Assembly: GCA_000992085.1 (NCBI GenBank)
Contig: LBTN01000012.1
Location: forward strand, 1,498 to 65,497
Reading direction: 5' to 3'
Source: Candidatus Magasanikbacteria bacterium GW2011_GWA2_37_8
GTDB lineage: Bacteria > Patescibacteriota > Patescibacteriia > Magasanikbacterales > GWA2-37-8
Length of the DNA: 64,000 bases
In this document: piece after piece, positions 44,386 to 53,967 of the stretch
Layout of the letters: each line of letters begins with the position of its first letter
Position numbering within the stretch: position 1 is the first letter of the stretch
Program-made: the position numbers and the translations under genes
The notes under the pieces: generated by a model
Databases searched by the model: none
The model's input: only the letters and a program-made list of their open reading frames with translations
Told to the model about the DNA's origin: nothing

Positions 44386-45633
44386 ATGAAAATCAAAAGA
44401 ATTGTCGGGAGGGAAGTACTAGATTCTCGTGGTAACCCAACTGTAGAAGCCAAGGTTTATTTAGAAAATGGTTTGATAGGAGTAGCTAAAGTGCCATCGG
44501 GTGCGTCTACTGGTAGCCATGAGGCTTTAGAATTACGTGATGGCGGGAAGCGATATGGCGGTAAAGGGGTTTTGCGAGCGGTAAAAAATGTTAACACTGT
44601 AATTGCTAAAGCATTGGTGGGGATGGAAATAACTAAGCCAATAGAAATTGATCAAAAAATGATTAATTTGGATGGCACAAAAAATAAAGCCGTGTTAGGC
44701 GCAAATGCGATTTTGGCAGTATCGTTGGCAGTGGCTCGAGCAGGAGCCCTGGCCATGAATTTACCATTGTATCAATATATTCGTCATATTTATAAAATTC
44801 CAGAAAAAGGTTATCGTTTGCCAGTACTTACTATAAATATCTTAAATGGGGGTCGTCATGCGGATAATGGTTTATCAGTTCAAGAGTTTATGATTATTCC
44901 GCGTCATAAATTATTACGCGAAAGAATTCGAATGGGTTCTCAGATTTTTCACTCTTTGGCAAATTTATTAAGTCAAAAGGGTTATGCTACTAGCGTGGGC
45001 GATGAAGGTGGTTTCGCGCCAGAATTATTAAACAACGAACGTGGGCTTCAATTAATTATTGAGGCAATAAAATTAACCGGTTGGGAACCGGGCAAGAATG
45101 TTTTTTTGGGTTTAGACGTGGCTTCTTCCGAATTTTATCATCATGGTAATTATTATTTTGTTAGCAAAAAACAAGGTTGGCGTCCAGAAAAAATGATTGC
45201 TACCTTGGCTCAGTGGGTAAAAAAATATCCAATTATTTCGATTGAAGACGGGCTAGCCGAAGATGATTGGGATAATTGGAAATTATTAACCAAAGAGCTT
45301 GGTAAAAAAGTTACGCTTGTGGGTGATGATTTGTTTGTTACTAATGTCGAAAGATTAGAACGGGGAGTTAACGAAAAAGTAGCTAATGCAATTTTAATTA
45401 AATTAAATCAGATTGGTACTCTTACCGAAACTATTGCTACTGTTTTGTTGGCGCGAAAATATAATTATGCAATTAGCGTTTCTCATCGCAGTGGCGAAAC
45501 TGCCGATACTTTTATCGCCGACTTATCTGTAGCAGTAAATGCCGAGTTTATTAAAACTGGGTCTATGTCGCGTTCGGAGAGGGTAGAAAAATATAATCGA
45601 TTAATGGAAATAGAAGAGGAAATTGGTGGTTAG
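44386..45633 (+). CDS. eno: Enolase
   Basis: 415 aa. GREVLDSRGNPTVEA, SHRSGETAD, IKLNQIGTLTE. Confidence 0.95.
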   Translation: MKIKRIVGREVLDSRGNPTVEAKVYLENGLIGVAKVPSGASTGSHEALELRDGGKRYGGKGVLRAVKNVNTVIAKALVGMEITKPIEIDQKMINLDGTKNKAVLGANAILAVSLAVARAGALAMNLPLYQYIRHIYKIPEKGYRLPVLTINILNGGRHADNGLSVQEFMIIPRHKLLRERIRMGSQIFHSLANLLSQKGYATSVGDEGGFAPELLNNERGLQLIIEAIKLTGWEPGKNVFLGLDVASSEFYHHGNYYFVSKKQGWRPEKMIATLAQWVKKYPIISIEDGLAEDDWDNWKLLTKELGKKVTLVGDDLFVTNVERLERGVNEKVANAILIKLNQIGTLTETIATVLLARKYNYAISVSHRSGETADTFIADLSVAVNAEFIKTGSMSRSERVEKYNRLMEIEEEIGG

Positions 45634-45650
45634 TATTACGTAATATTATT

Positions 45651-47207
45651 ATGGTAAATAAAAAGATAAAAACCAAACCAACAGTTTTAATGATTTTAGA
45701 TGGTTTTGGGTTGGGGAATATAAAAAATAAAGGTAACGCCATCACACCGGTAACAGCGCCGAATATTTTTGGTTATTTAAAAAAATGTCCTCATTCTACT
45801 ATAAAAACTTGGGGCCAATATGTTGGGCTTCCGTCTGGCCAACAAGGTAATTCTGAAGCTGGGCATATGAATATTGGTGCTGGCAGAATTGTAAAGCAAG
45901 ATTTGTTGGTTATTTCAGAAGCGATTCATGATGGTACATTTTTTAAAAACGAAGCTTTTAAACAAGCCGTTTTTCATCTTAAAAAGTATAATACAGCCGC
46001 TCATGTGGTAGGACTTCTTACCGATGGTAATAGTGCGCATGCTTTGCCCGAACATATGTATGCAATGTTGGATTTATTGCGTAATGAAGGTATAAAGGAA
46101 GTTTGTTTGCATTTATTTACTGATGGCCGTGACTCTTCTCCTCATGGTGCAACTGGATTTTTGCACGAACTACGAAATCATATGATGGGTAGAGAAAAAA
46201 TTGCTACAATTGCAGGTAGATTTTATGCGATGGATCGTAATAAAATTTGGGATAGAACCAAACAGGCTTATAATGCTATGGTTTTGGGCAAGGGTTGTGT
46301 AGCCAGTAGTGCCGAAGAAGCGTTGGCCCAATCTTATAATCGCGGTGAGACTGATGAATATATTTGTCCTACGGTAATTATCGAAAATAATAAGCCAGTA
46401 GCCACTATTCAAGATAATGATGTGATTTTTTTTACCAACGCCAGAAGTGATCGTGCTAGGCAGATAACCAAGGCGTTTGTGCAAAAAGATTTTAACAAAA
46501 AATCTAGAGCATTTAGACGAGAAAAATTTCCTAGAAATATTCGTTTTGTGGCTATGACAGATTTTGGCCCAGATTTGAATCATATCATGACCGCCTTTCC
46601 ATCAGTAGATTTGCATGGCACTTTGCCTATGGCTTTGCGTGGTAAAAAGCAACTTTATTTAGCCGAATCAGAGAAGTACGCTCATGTTACATACTTTATT
46701 AATGGCGGCTATGCTGATCATGTGGCAGGAGAAATCAGAATGAAAATAGAGTCACCACATATAAAAAGTTATGATAAACAGCCCGCTATGGCGGCCGAAG
46801 CTATTACCGAAGAAGTTTTACGTTATTTAAAAATGAACGTTTTAGATTTTTATTGTATTAATTTTGCCAATGCCGATATGGTTGGTCATACTGGTAATTT
46901 TGAAGCTACAAAAAAGGCAATTAAAATTTTGGATAGTTGTGTGGCCAAGGTAGTGGATATGGTATTAAAAAAGGATGGGCAAATTTTGATTACTGCCGAT
47001 CATGGTAATGCCGATGAAATGGTTGATTTAAAAACTAATGAAATTATAACAGAACATTCGCTTAATCCTGTGCCTTGTATTTTAATCAGCAAAGATCTTT
47101 GTCATATTAAATTAAAAAATGGGATACTGGCTGATATTGCCCCTACACTGTTAAAATTAATGGATGCCAGTAAGCCAAAAGAAATGACAGGTAAATCATT
47201 ATTTTGA
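45651..47207 (+). CDS. gpmI: 2,3-bisphosphoglycerate-independent phosphoglycerate mutase, copy 1
   Basis: 518 aa. ILDGFG, GNSEAGHMNIGAGR (catalytic Ser loop), GRFYAMDRNKIWDR, NFANADMVGHTG, TADHGNA. Confidence 0.9.
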   Translation: MVNKKIKTKPTVLMILDGFGLGNIKNKGNAITPVTAPNIFGYLKKCPHSTIKTWGQYVGLPSGQQGNSEAGHMNIGAGRIVKQDLLVISEAIHDGTFFKNEAFKQAVFHLKKYNTAAHVVGLLTDGNSAHALPEHMYAMLDLLRNEGIKEVCLHLFTDGRDSSPHGATGFLHELRNHMMGREKIATIAGRFYAMDRNKIWDRTKQAYNAMVLGKGCVASSAEEALAQSYNRGETDEYICPTVIIENNKPVATIQDNDVIFFTNARSDRARQITKAFVQKDFNKKSRAFRREKFPRNIRFVAMTDFGPDLNHIMTAFPSVDLHGTLPMALRGKKQLYLAESEKYAHVTYFINGGYADHVAGEIRMKIESPHIKSYDKQPAMAAEAITEEVLRYLKMNVLDFYCINFANADMVGHTGNFEATKKAIKILDSCVAKVVDMVLKKDGQILITADHGNADEMVDLKTNEIITEHSLNPVPCILISKDLCHIKLKNGILADIAPTLLKLMDASKPKEMTGKSLF

Positions 47208-47218
47208 AATTAATTATT

Positions 47219-48799
47219 ATGTCTAAATATCGTCCCGTTGTTCTTGTTATTTTAGATGGTTTTGGTATCGCACCAGATTCTGATGGTAATGCAGTTACTC
47301 GTGCTAAAATGCCTAACTATTTAAATTATTTAAAAAATTATCCAGCGATGCCGCTGTATGCTTCGGGCAATGAGGTGGGCCTGATGTTTGGTGAAATGGG
47401 AAATTCTGAAGTAGGGCATCTTAATATTGGTGCTGGTAGAGTTTATTATCAGTCTTGCCCGCGTATTGATCAGGCGATAACAACGGGAGAATTTTTTGAA
47501 AATAAGGCATTATTACAAGCAATCGAGCAAGTTAAAAAGAATAAATCAAAATTACATTTAATTGGTTTAGTAAGCGGCGGACACGTTCATTCTAGTGACA
47601 GCCATTTATTTAGTTTATTAGAATTATGTAAAAGAAATAAATTAAATAACGATGTTTTTGTTCACGCAATTTTAGACGGACGAGATTGTGTTTATGATTC
47701 GGGAAAGGATTTTATTAGTACTTTGTTGCAACAAATGAAAGAAAAAAAAGTTGGTAAACTCGCTTCTTTGGCTGGGCGTTTTTATGCGATGGATCGTGAT
47801 AATCGTTGGGATAGATGCGAAAAGGCTTATCGGGCGATAGCCGAAGGTAAGGCAGAAAATACTACGGACGATCCGTTAAGAGCGATTGAAGAATCATACA
47901 CTAAAAAAGTTTATGATGAAGAATTTACGCCAACAGTTATTACTCAAAATAACAAACCAGTAACTACAGTTAGTGAAGGAGATGCTGTAATATTTTTTAA
48001 TTTTCGTCCTGATCGGGCACGAGAATTAACTAAGGCTTTTATTTTGCCAGGTTTTGATAAATTTGAAAGACATTCTATTAAAAATTTGTTATTTGTAACA
48101 ATGACAGAATATGACAAAGATTTGCCTACTGTTGTGGTTTTTCCTCCGCTAGTAGTACATAATTGTTTGGCAGAAGTAATAAGTAAGGCTAAATTAACCC
48201 AGTTTCATATTGCCGAAACTACAAAATATGCCCATGTTACTTTTTTTCTGAACGGGACAATAGAAAAACCATTTTCTGGTGAAGATCGTAAAATTATTCC
48301 TTCACTTAAAGTTTCTAATTTTGTTGATGCCCCGGAGATGTCGGCATCCGCAATAGCTAAAGAAACCGCAAAAGCGATTGATGGTGGAAAGTATGATTTT
48401 GTTGTAGTTAATTTTGCCAACCCAGATATGGTGGGGCACACAGGCGACATCAAGGCTACAATTAAAGGTTGTGAAGTAACCGACAAAGCTTTGGGTGATG
48501 TAGTAGAGCACACATTAGCTCAAAATGGAGTAGTCGTTTTAACTGCCGATCATGGCAATGCCGAAGAAGTATCGAATTTGCAAACTGGAGATATTGATAA
48601 AGAGCATTCCACTAATCCAGTACCGCTACTTATAATTGGTAAAGATTTTGCTGGTCAAGCTGGCCCAGGCGGCGATGCTCCTGAAGGTGATTTGAGTTTA
48701 CTTAATCCAGTAGGCATGTTGGCAGATGTGGCGCCAACTGTTCTTAAATTATTAGGAGTCGACCAACCACCGGAAATGACCGGAAGACCGTTAGTGTAA
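47219..48799 (+). CDS. gpmI: 2,3-bisphosphoglycerate-independent phosphoglycerate mutase, copy 2
   Basis: ORF track starts at TTG 47204. The ATG at 47219 gives MSKYRPVVLVILDGFG. GNSEVGHLNIGAGR, GRFYAMDRDNRWDR, NFANPDMVGHTG, TADHGNAE. Confidence 0.9.
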   Translation: MSKYRPVVLVILDGFGIAPDSDGNAVTRAKMPNYLNYLKNYPAMPLYASGNEVGLMFGEMGNSEVGHLNIGAGRVYYQSCPRIDQAITTGEFFENKALLQAIEQVKKNKSKLHLIGLVSGGHVHSSDSHLFSLLELCKRNKLNNDVFVHAILDGRDCVYDSGKDFISTLLQQMKEKKVGKLASLAGRFYAMDRDNRWDRCEKAYRAIAEGKAENTTDDPLRAIEESYTKKVYDEEFTPTVITQNNKPVTTVSEGDAVIFFNFRPDRARELTKAFILPGFDKFERHSIKNLLFVTMTEYDKDLPTVVVFPPLVVHNCLAEVISKAKLTQFHIAETTKYAHVTFFLNGTIEKPFSGEDRKIIPSLKVSNFVDAPEMSASAIAKETAKAIDGGKYDFVVVNFANPDMVGHTGDIKATIKGCEVTDKALGDVVEHTLAQNGVVVLTADHGNAEEVSNLQTGDIDKEHSTNPVPLLIIGKDFAGQAGPGGDAPEGDLSLLNPVGMLADVAPTVLKLLGVDQPPEMTGRPLV

Positions 48800-48824
48800 T
48801 GTTAAATTATTAGAGATTATTAAT

Positions 48825-48857
48825 AAAAAACTGCGATTATTAAATCGCAGTTTTTTT
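48825..48857. terminator. Bidirectional terminator between convergent genes
   Basis: aaaaaactgcgatt-atta-aatcgcagttttttt. The stop codon of the minus-strand gene (48840-48842) lies in the loop. Confidence 0.6.
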
Positions 48858-49982
48858 GATATATTCAACAATCGCTCTTTCTGTTTCTGCTAGTGTTTTA
48901 TCAGTGATGGTGAAAGTTGCTTGTTTTTTATTACCTTCCCCGTGCCATGGTGCCAACAGACTGCGCATATCTTTGCCAGTTTCAGAATACAATGTACCTT
49001 TAACAGCCGGCAGGTTATTTATTTTTGTTTCATATATAAGCAAAATCATTTCTGCCTCGGGAGCAGAATTGATTAATTCAAAAATAATATCTTTTAATTC
49101 GTCTTCGTTAGCTCCAGCGCGGGCGATTTGGTTGCTGTCGATTGTTACCCAAGATAATTTTGCAGTTTGATCGTGGTTGAGATTAGTGAGTGCTTCTCCC
49201 CAAAGCTTTAAAGTACTAAGAGTGCGAGTACGGTATAAATTGTGGACAATTTCTTCTCGCTTAGCGCCTAAATTAATTAATTCGGAAGCGTAATTTAGGG
49301 TATCGGGATTAACATTTGGTGTTTTAAAACTTTGGGTAGCTACAATCATACCAGTTAAAATGGCAGTGGCGATCGGTGTATCAATTAAAGATTTGTTTAA
49401 TTGTTTTAATGTTTTAAGAACAATTTCTGCGGTAGCAGTTGCGGTAATTTCTACTAAATTAATTTGGCCAAAATGTTCGTTGTTTGGCTGATGATCAATG
49501 TTGATAATTGGTGTGCGATAAAATAAGTCGGTGTTATTTAAAAATACCCCACCTAAAGATTCTAAGTCGGAGACACCAAAAGTGATAATTAAATCGTATT
49601 TATAAGTAGATTGGGCAGTGCGTAGCTCATCTTTTGTGATATGACCTTGGCGCGGAGTAAGGTAAATGGACAGCCAGCCATCTTTAACATCATAACTTAA
49701 AGTTTCAACAGGTGCCTTTGAAACATCAACTTTGATAATGAATTTTTGTAAATGAGTTAATACTGGTTGGATTTTTTCTGCTCCAGACAGGAAAGAGAAA
49801 TTTTTAGATAATACAAAATCATCGGCTACAATATCCGCTTGTTTGTGTTGTTTTTCTAAGAATGTTTTACAGGCTAACGCGCTGGCCAAGGCGTCGCCTC
49901 GGTCGCTACGATTAAAGACTAGTAAAACATGTTTGCTTTCAGTAAACAAATGTTGTAGTTGTTGAATTTCGTCTAAAGCCAT
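48840..49982 (-). CDS. DHH-family phosphoesterase-like protein (NrnA-like) with degenerate motifs
   Basis: 380 aa. Layout and INIDHQPNNEHFG (DHH replaced by DHQ), and RGDALASALA in place of DGDalGS. C-terminal DHHA1-like region. Confidence 0.5.
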   Translation of the reverse strand: MALDEIQQLQHLFTESKHVLLVFNRSDRGDALASALACKTFLEKQHKQADIVADDFVLSKNFSFLSGAEKIQPVLTHLQKFIIKVDVSKAPVETLSYDVKDGWLSIYLTPRQGHITKDELRTAQSTYKYDLIITFGVSDLESLGGVFLNNTDLFYRTPIINIDHQPNNEHFGQINLVEITATATAEIVLKTLKQLNKSLIDTPIATAILTGMIVATQSFKTPNVNPDTLNYASELINLGAKREEIVHNLYRTRTLSTLKLWGEALTNLNHDQTAKLSWVTIDSNQIARAGANEDELKDIIFELINSAPEAEMILLIYETKINNLPAVKGTLYSETGKDMRSLLAPWHGEGNKKQATFTITDKTLAETERAIVEYIKKTAI

Positions 49983-50072
49983 AGTGGCAAATTTTCGCTA
50001 AAAATACAGGTAACAGGGAAGTATACCTATTATTTTGGTTTCTGTCAACCCCCGAACTGGGGGTAAGTTTTA

Positions 50073-50101
50073 TTGCACTTTTTTGCTAAATCTAGTAAAA
50101 T
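50073..50101 (+). promoter_or_regulatory. Putative valS promoter
   Basis: TTGCAC (50073-50078), 17-nt spacer, TAAAAT (50096-50101). Confidence 0.35.
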
Positions 50102-50177
50102 ATTAAGTAATGATATTAAATATTAAAAAGCTAGTTTAAATACCGTTAAATTTTAATTTCAACCTATTTTTTGTTTT

Positions 50178-52844
50178 ATGAAGGAATTGCCTAAGGCCTA
50201 CGAGCCAGAACAATATGAAGATAAAATTTACACACGTTGGGAAGAAAGTGGCTTTTTTAATCCGGATAAATGTGATAAAGAAGGAAAATGTACAACTGGC
50301 AAAAGTTTTTCTATTGTTCTTCCGCCACCAAATGTGACAGGCACACTTCATATCGGGCATGCCTCAATGCTGGCTATTCAAGACTTGATGATAAGATATC
50401 ATAGAATGAAAGGTGATAGGACTCTTTGGGTGCCTGGGACTGATCACGCGGCCATTGCCACACAAACAAAAGTAGAAAAATTATTAATGGAGCGTGGTAT
50501 TAAGGAGCCAAAAAAGGAATTAGGTAGAGAAAAGTTTTTGGAAGAGGTAAATAAATTCGCCAAAGAATCTCACGATACAATTGTCAATCAATCCAAAAAA
50601 ATGGGATCTAGTTTGGATTGGAGTCGCGAAGCTTTTACTTTGGATGAACCGAGAAATTTGGCAGTGAAAACTGTTTTTAAAAAAATGTATGATGATGGTT
50701 TGATTTATCGTGGCTATAGGATTGTAAATTGGTGTCCAAGATGTCATTCTACTTTGGCGGATGACGAAGTAGAACATAAAACTTCACAAGGAAAAATGTA
50801 TTGGATAAAATATGGTCCTTTTATTTTGGCTACAACTCGTCCAGAAACAAAATTGGGCGACACTGCGGTAGCTGTCAATCCTAATGACAACAGATATAAA
50901 GACATGGTCGGTAAAAAATATATGATACCAGGAGTTTTGGGTGAATTTGAAATTATTGTAGTAGCTGATGATGCTGTGGATATAGAATTTGGTTCTGGAG
51001 CAGTGAAGGTGACCCCATATCATAGTTTTACAGATTATGAAATTGCGCAGCGCCATGGTATTGTTGGTAAACAAATTATTGATGAAGACGGTAAAATGAT
51101 GGCTAACTGTGGTAAATATGCCGGTATGACAACTTTAGAGGCACGTACTGCTATTGTAAAAGATATGGAAAAGATGGGATTGATTGACCATGTGGAAGAT
51201 TATGAAAATAACTTATCTATTTGTTATCGTTGTGGGCATGCGATCGAACCAATACCTTCTAAGCAGTGGTTTATTGACGTAAACAAGAGATTTAAATTAG
51301 AAAAATCAAAATTAAAAAATATCAAAGACGGGCAAGAAGTGAGTTTGAAAGAATTGATGCAGACAGTTGTAAAATCAGAACAGATCGAAATTGTTCCAGA
51401 GAGGTTTGATAAAATATATTTTCATTGGATAGATAATTTGCGTGATTGGTGTATTAGTCGTCAGATTTGGTATGGGCACCAGATTCCTGTTTGGTACAAG
51501 GGCGATGAAATTTTTGTTGGTATAGAGGCCCCAGATGAAGATGGTTGGTTGCAAGATCCAGATACACTTGATACCTGGTTTTCTTCAGGGCTTTGGACGT
51601 TCTCAACTTTGGGCTGGCCTAACGAGACAGAGGATTTGAAAAATTTTCATCCGACAACTGTTATGGAAACTGGCTATGATATTTTGTTTTTCTGGGTGGC
51701 ACGTATGATTCTTATGACCACCTATACTTTAGGTGACATTCCATTTGAAAAAGTTTATTTGCACGGGCTTGTGCGTGACGAACAAGGGAGAAAGATGAGT
51801 AAGAGTTTAGGGAACGTAATTGATCCGTTGGACGTTTGTAAAGAATATGGAACAGATGCTGTGAGACTGTCTCTTCTTATAGGTAATACCCCAGGGAATG
51901 ATTGTAAATTATCCGAAGAGAAAATAGCTGGGTTTAGAAATTTTTCTAACAAGCTTTGGAATATTAGTCGGTTTATATTGACACAGATAGAAGATAATAA
52001 ATATCAAATAATAGATAAGCCAACTCCGAAAACATTGGCTGATAAGTGGATTTTGGTTAATTTAGGCATTGTGATCTATGAAGTTAGTAAAAATATTGAA
52101 AAATTTCAGTTTTCTCAAGCCGGAGAATTATTGCGCGATTTTACCTGGAATGAATTGGCTGACTGGTATTTGGAAATTGCTAAAATCGAAGGTGATAAAT
52201 CAGAAATTTTAAATTATATTTTAAGCGTGATTTTGAAATTATGGCATCCTTTTATGCCTTTTGTAACAGAACAAATTTGGACAGAAATTTATGGAGAAGA
52301 AAGAATGCTAATTGTTGAGAAATGGCCAACCATTCAAAAGACCTCATTGCAAGAAGAAGCGGTTGATTTTGGTTGCACTAGTATTGATTTTCAATTAATT
52401 CAGGATATTATCGCCGGCATTCGTTCGCTTCGTGCGGAAAATAAAATTGAACCAGTTAAGAAATTAAATGTAGTTATTTCCGCTGGAGGCAAGAAAGATT
52501 TGTTAGAGGAAAATTCAGAAATTATTAAAACCTTAGCAAGATTAGAAAATTTACAAATTGAGGAATCAGCCACTAAACCTGCTGGTAGTATTGGTTTTGT
52601 AAAAAGTGGAGTAGAAATTTTTGTAGATTTATCTGGAGCAATAGATGTAGAAAAGGAAAAAATTAGATTAGAAAAAGAGAAACAAGAGCTAGGTATATAC
52701 ATAAAAGGTTTGGGAGGCAAATTAGATAATAAAGAGTTTGTAAATAACGCGCCACCAGCTGTAGTAGAAAAAGAGCAACAAAAATTAAACGAAGCCAAGG
52801 ATAAACTAATCAAATTAAATAGCCAATTAGAGGGGTTAAATTAA
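50178..52844 (+). CDS. valS: Valine--tRNA ligase
   Basis: 888 aa. PPPNVTGTLHIGHA (HIGH), KMSKSLGN, editing domain, C-terminal coiled coil. Confidence 0.95.
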   Translation: MKELPKAYEPEQYEDKIYTRWEESGFFNPDKCDKEGKCTTGKSFSIVLPPPNVTGTLHIGHASMLAIQDLMIRYHRMKGDRTLWVPGTDHAAIATQTKVEKLLMERGIKEPKKELGREKFLEEVNKFAKESHDTIVNQSKKMGSSLDWSREAFTLDEPRNLAVKTVFKKMYDDGLIYRGYRIVNWCPRCHSTLADDEVEHKTSQGKMYWIKYGPFILATTRPETKLGDTAVAVNPNDNRYKDMVGKKYMIPGVLGEFEIIVVADDAVDIEFGSGAVKVTPYHSFTDYEIAQRHGIVGKQIIDEDGKMMANCGKYAGMTTLEARTAIVKDMEKMGLIDHVEDYENNLSICYRCGHAIEPIPSKQWFIDVNKRFKLEKSKLKNIKDGQEVSLKELMQTVVKSEQIEIVPERFDKIYFHWIDNLRDWCISRQIWYGHQIPVWYKGDEIFVGIEAPDEDGWLQDPDTLDTWFSSGLWTFSTLGWPNETEDLKNFHPTTVMETGYDILFFWVARMILMTTYTLGDIPFEKVYLHGLVRDEQGRKMSKSLGNVIDPLDVCKEYGTDAVRLSLLIGNTPGNDCKLSEEKIAGFRNFSNKLWNISRFILTQIEDNKYQIIDKPTPKTLADKWILVNLGIVIYEVSKNIEKFQFSQAGELLRDFTWNELADWYLEIAKIEGDKSEILNYILSVILKLWHPFMPFVTEQIWTEIYGEERMLIVEKWPTIQKTSLQEEAVDFGCTSIDFQLIQDIIAGIRSLRAENKIEPVKKLNVVISAGGKKDLLEENSEIIKTLARLENLQIEESATKPAGSIGFVKSGVEIFVDLSGAIDVEKEKIRLEKEKQELGIYIKGLGGKLDNKEFVNNAPPAVVEKEQQKLNEAKDKLIKLNSQLEGLN

Positions 52845-52849
52845 TTTTT

Positions 52850-53956
52850 ATGCACGAAGAAAATTTTCCAATGATTAAGATGAGCGATAGTAAAGATATA
52901 ATGCGAAAGGCAGGGGCTAGTGTCGGTTTGATAAAAGATGCAGCGATAAAAGAATCTGCTTTGGTAAATCGTAGAAATGAAGTACAAAAAAATCCAGAAT
53001 TACCGTTTGCTTTGTTAGATTTGTTTGATGACCATTTTAAAAAGATAGATGAAATTTTTTGTAATTTAGGTAAGATTGATAATAAACGTGAGGCGTTATT
53101 AGCTGTTAAAGATTTATCGGCAGAAATAGTAGAGACTCCTGATTTAGAAAAATATTTACCTAAAGATGTGTTGCCTTATTTTGAACATGACGCGTCAGTT
53201 TTTAAGAGGTCGGTAATTGTAATGTTTAAAAACGGTTTGTTGGAAGAAATTGACAGCTTGTTAGATCAACAAGATTTTGATGATGAAGACGTAAGAGGTT
53301 TGCAAGATATTTGGGCGGGAATTATAAAAATGTGGGACGCGTATCGTTTGATTATGGAGGATTTATTTTTACGTTTAAAAGGCCCCGATGATGTATTTGA
53401 CCCAACTATTGATCGAGAAAAACCAGTTGGTCGGTTATTTAATACATTGCATTGGCTTATGAATGGTCATAATAATAAAAAAACTGGGGGTATATTAACA
53501 GGTGAGCGTCATAATGGTTATGCTTTAAGCGGTCCAGATTATACAGAAAAAAGCGAGTTTAAAATCGACCCAGAACTTAGATCCAAAGCCGATGAATTAA
53601 AGATTGCTGTGCCGCATGGTATGGTTTTAAGTTCGTCAAGCAATTTTCTTTCTAATGCTGTCCGAAAAGGGATAAGATCGGAGAGTGGTTGTGTTGTGAG
53701 TCTGGAGATTACGCATGATAATAAGAATTTAGTCGTAAGTTTTTCAGACAATGGTAAGGGGATACCTGATGAAGAAAAGACAAAAATATTTTTACCAACT
53801 TTTACAACCAAAAAAAATGAGCCAGGCGGTAAGGGGTTGGCTTTTGCGGATACACGTTTTGAAAAAGCCGGTGGTAAGATTGAAGTGATTTCACCAGACG
53901 AAGAGAGGGGTTGGAGCACTACGTTTAAAATTACCATCCCTTTTGTTAATAATTAG
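52850..53956 (+). CDS. Protein with C-terminal GHKL (histidine-kinase-like) ATPase domain, no recognisable HisKA or sensor domain
   Basis: 368 aa. N box FLSNAVRKG, G1 DNGKGIP, F/G2 FLPTFTTKK...GGKGLAF. Confidence 0.55.
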   Translation: MHEENFPMIKMSDSKDIMRKAGASVGLIKDAAIKESALVNRRNEVQKNPELPFALLDLFDDHFKKIDEIFCNLGKIDNKREALLAVKDLSAEIVETPDLEKYLPKDVLPYFEHDASVFKRSVIVMFKNGLLEEIDSLLDQQDFDDEDVRGLQDIWAGIIKMWDAYRLIMEDLFLRLKGPDDVFDPTIDREKPVGRLFNTLHWLMNGHNNKKTGGILTGERHNGYALSGPDYTEKSEFKIDPELRSKADELKIAVPHGMVLSSSSNFLSNAVRKGIRSESGCVVSLEITHDNKNLVVSFSDNGKGIPDEEKTKIFLPTFTTKKNEPGGKGLAFADTRFEKAGGKIEVISPDEERGWSTTFKITIPFVNN

Positions 53957-53967
53957 ATAAAGTTTAT

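Noticed and set aside
47204-47218. TTG start giving a 4-nt overlap of the second gpmI with the first; similar alternative starts at 14748, 23816, 37573, 39771, 42036, 58201 and 62896.
   Set aside because: In each case an in-frame ATG slightly downstream gives the conserved family N-terminus or removes an implausible overlap, so the ORF-track starts were trimmed.
49983-50177. Possible T-box or attenuator leader upstream of valS (hairpin acccccgaactgggggt at about 50048-50064); other aaRS genes were checked for the same.
   Set aside because: The hairpin lies upstream of the best promoter candidate (50073-50101). I found no T-box consensus (AGAGA/GNUGGUACCGCG-like) here. pheS, tyrS, argS and aspS have intergenic spacers too short for a T-box.
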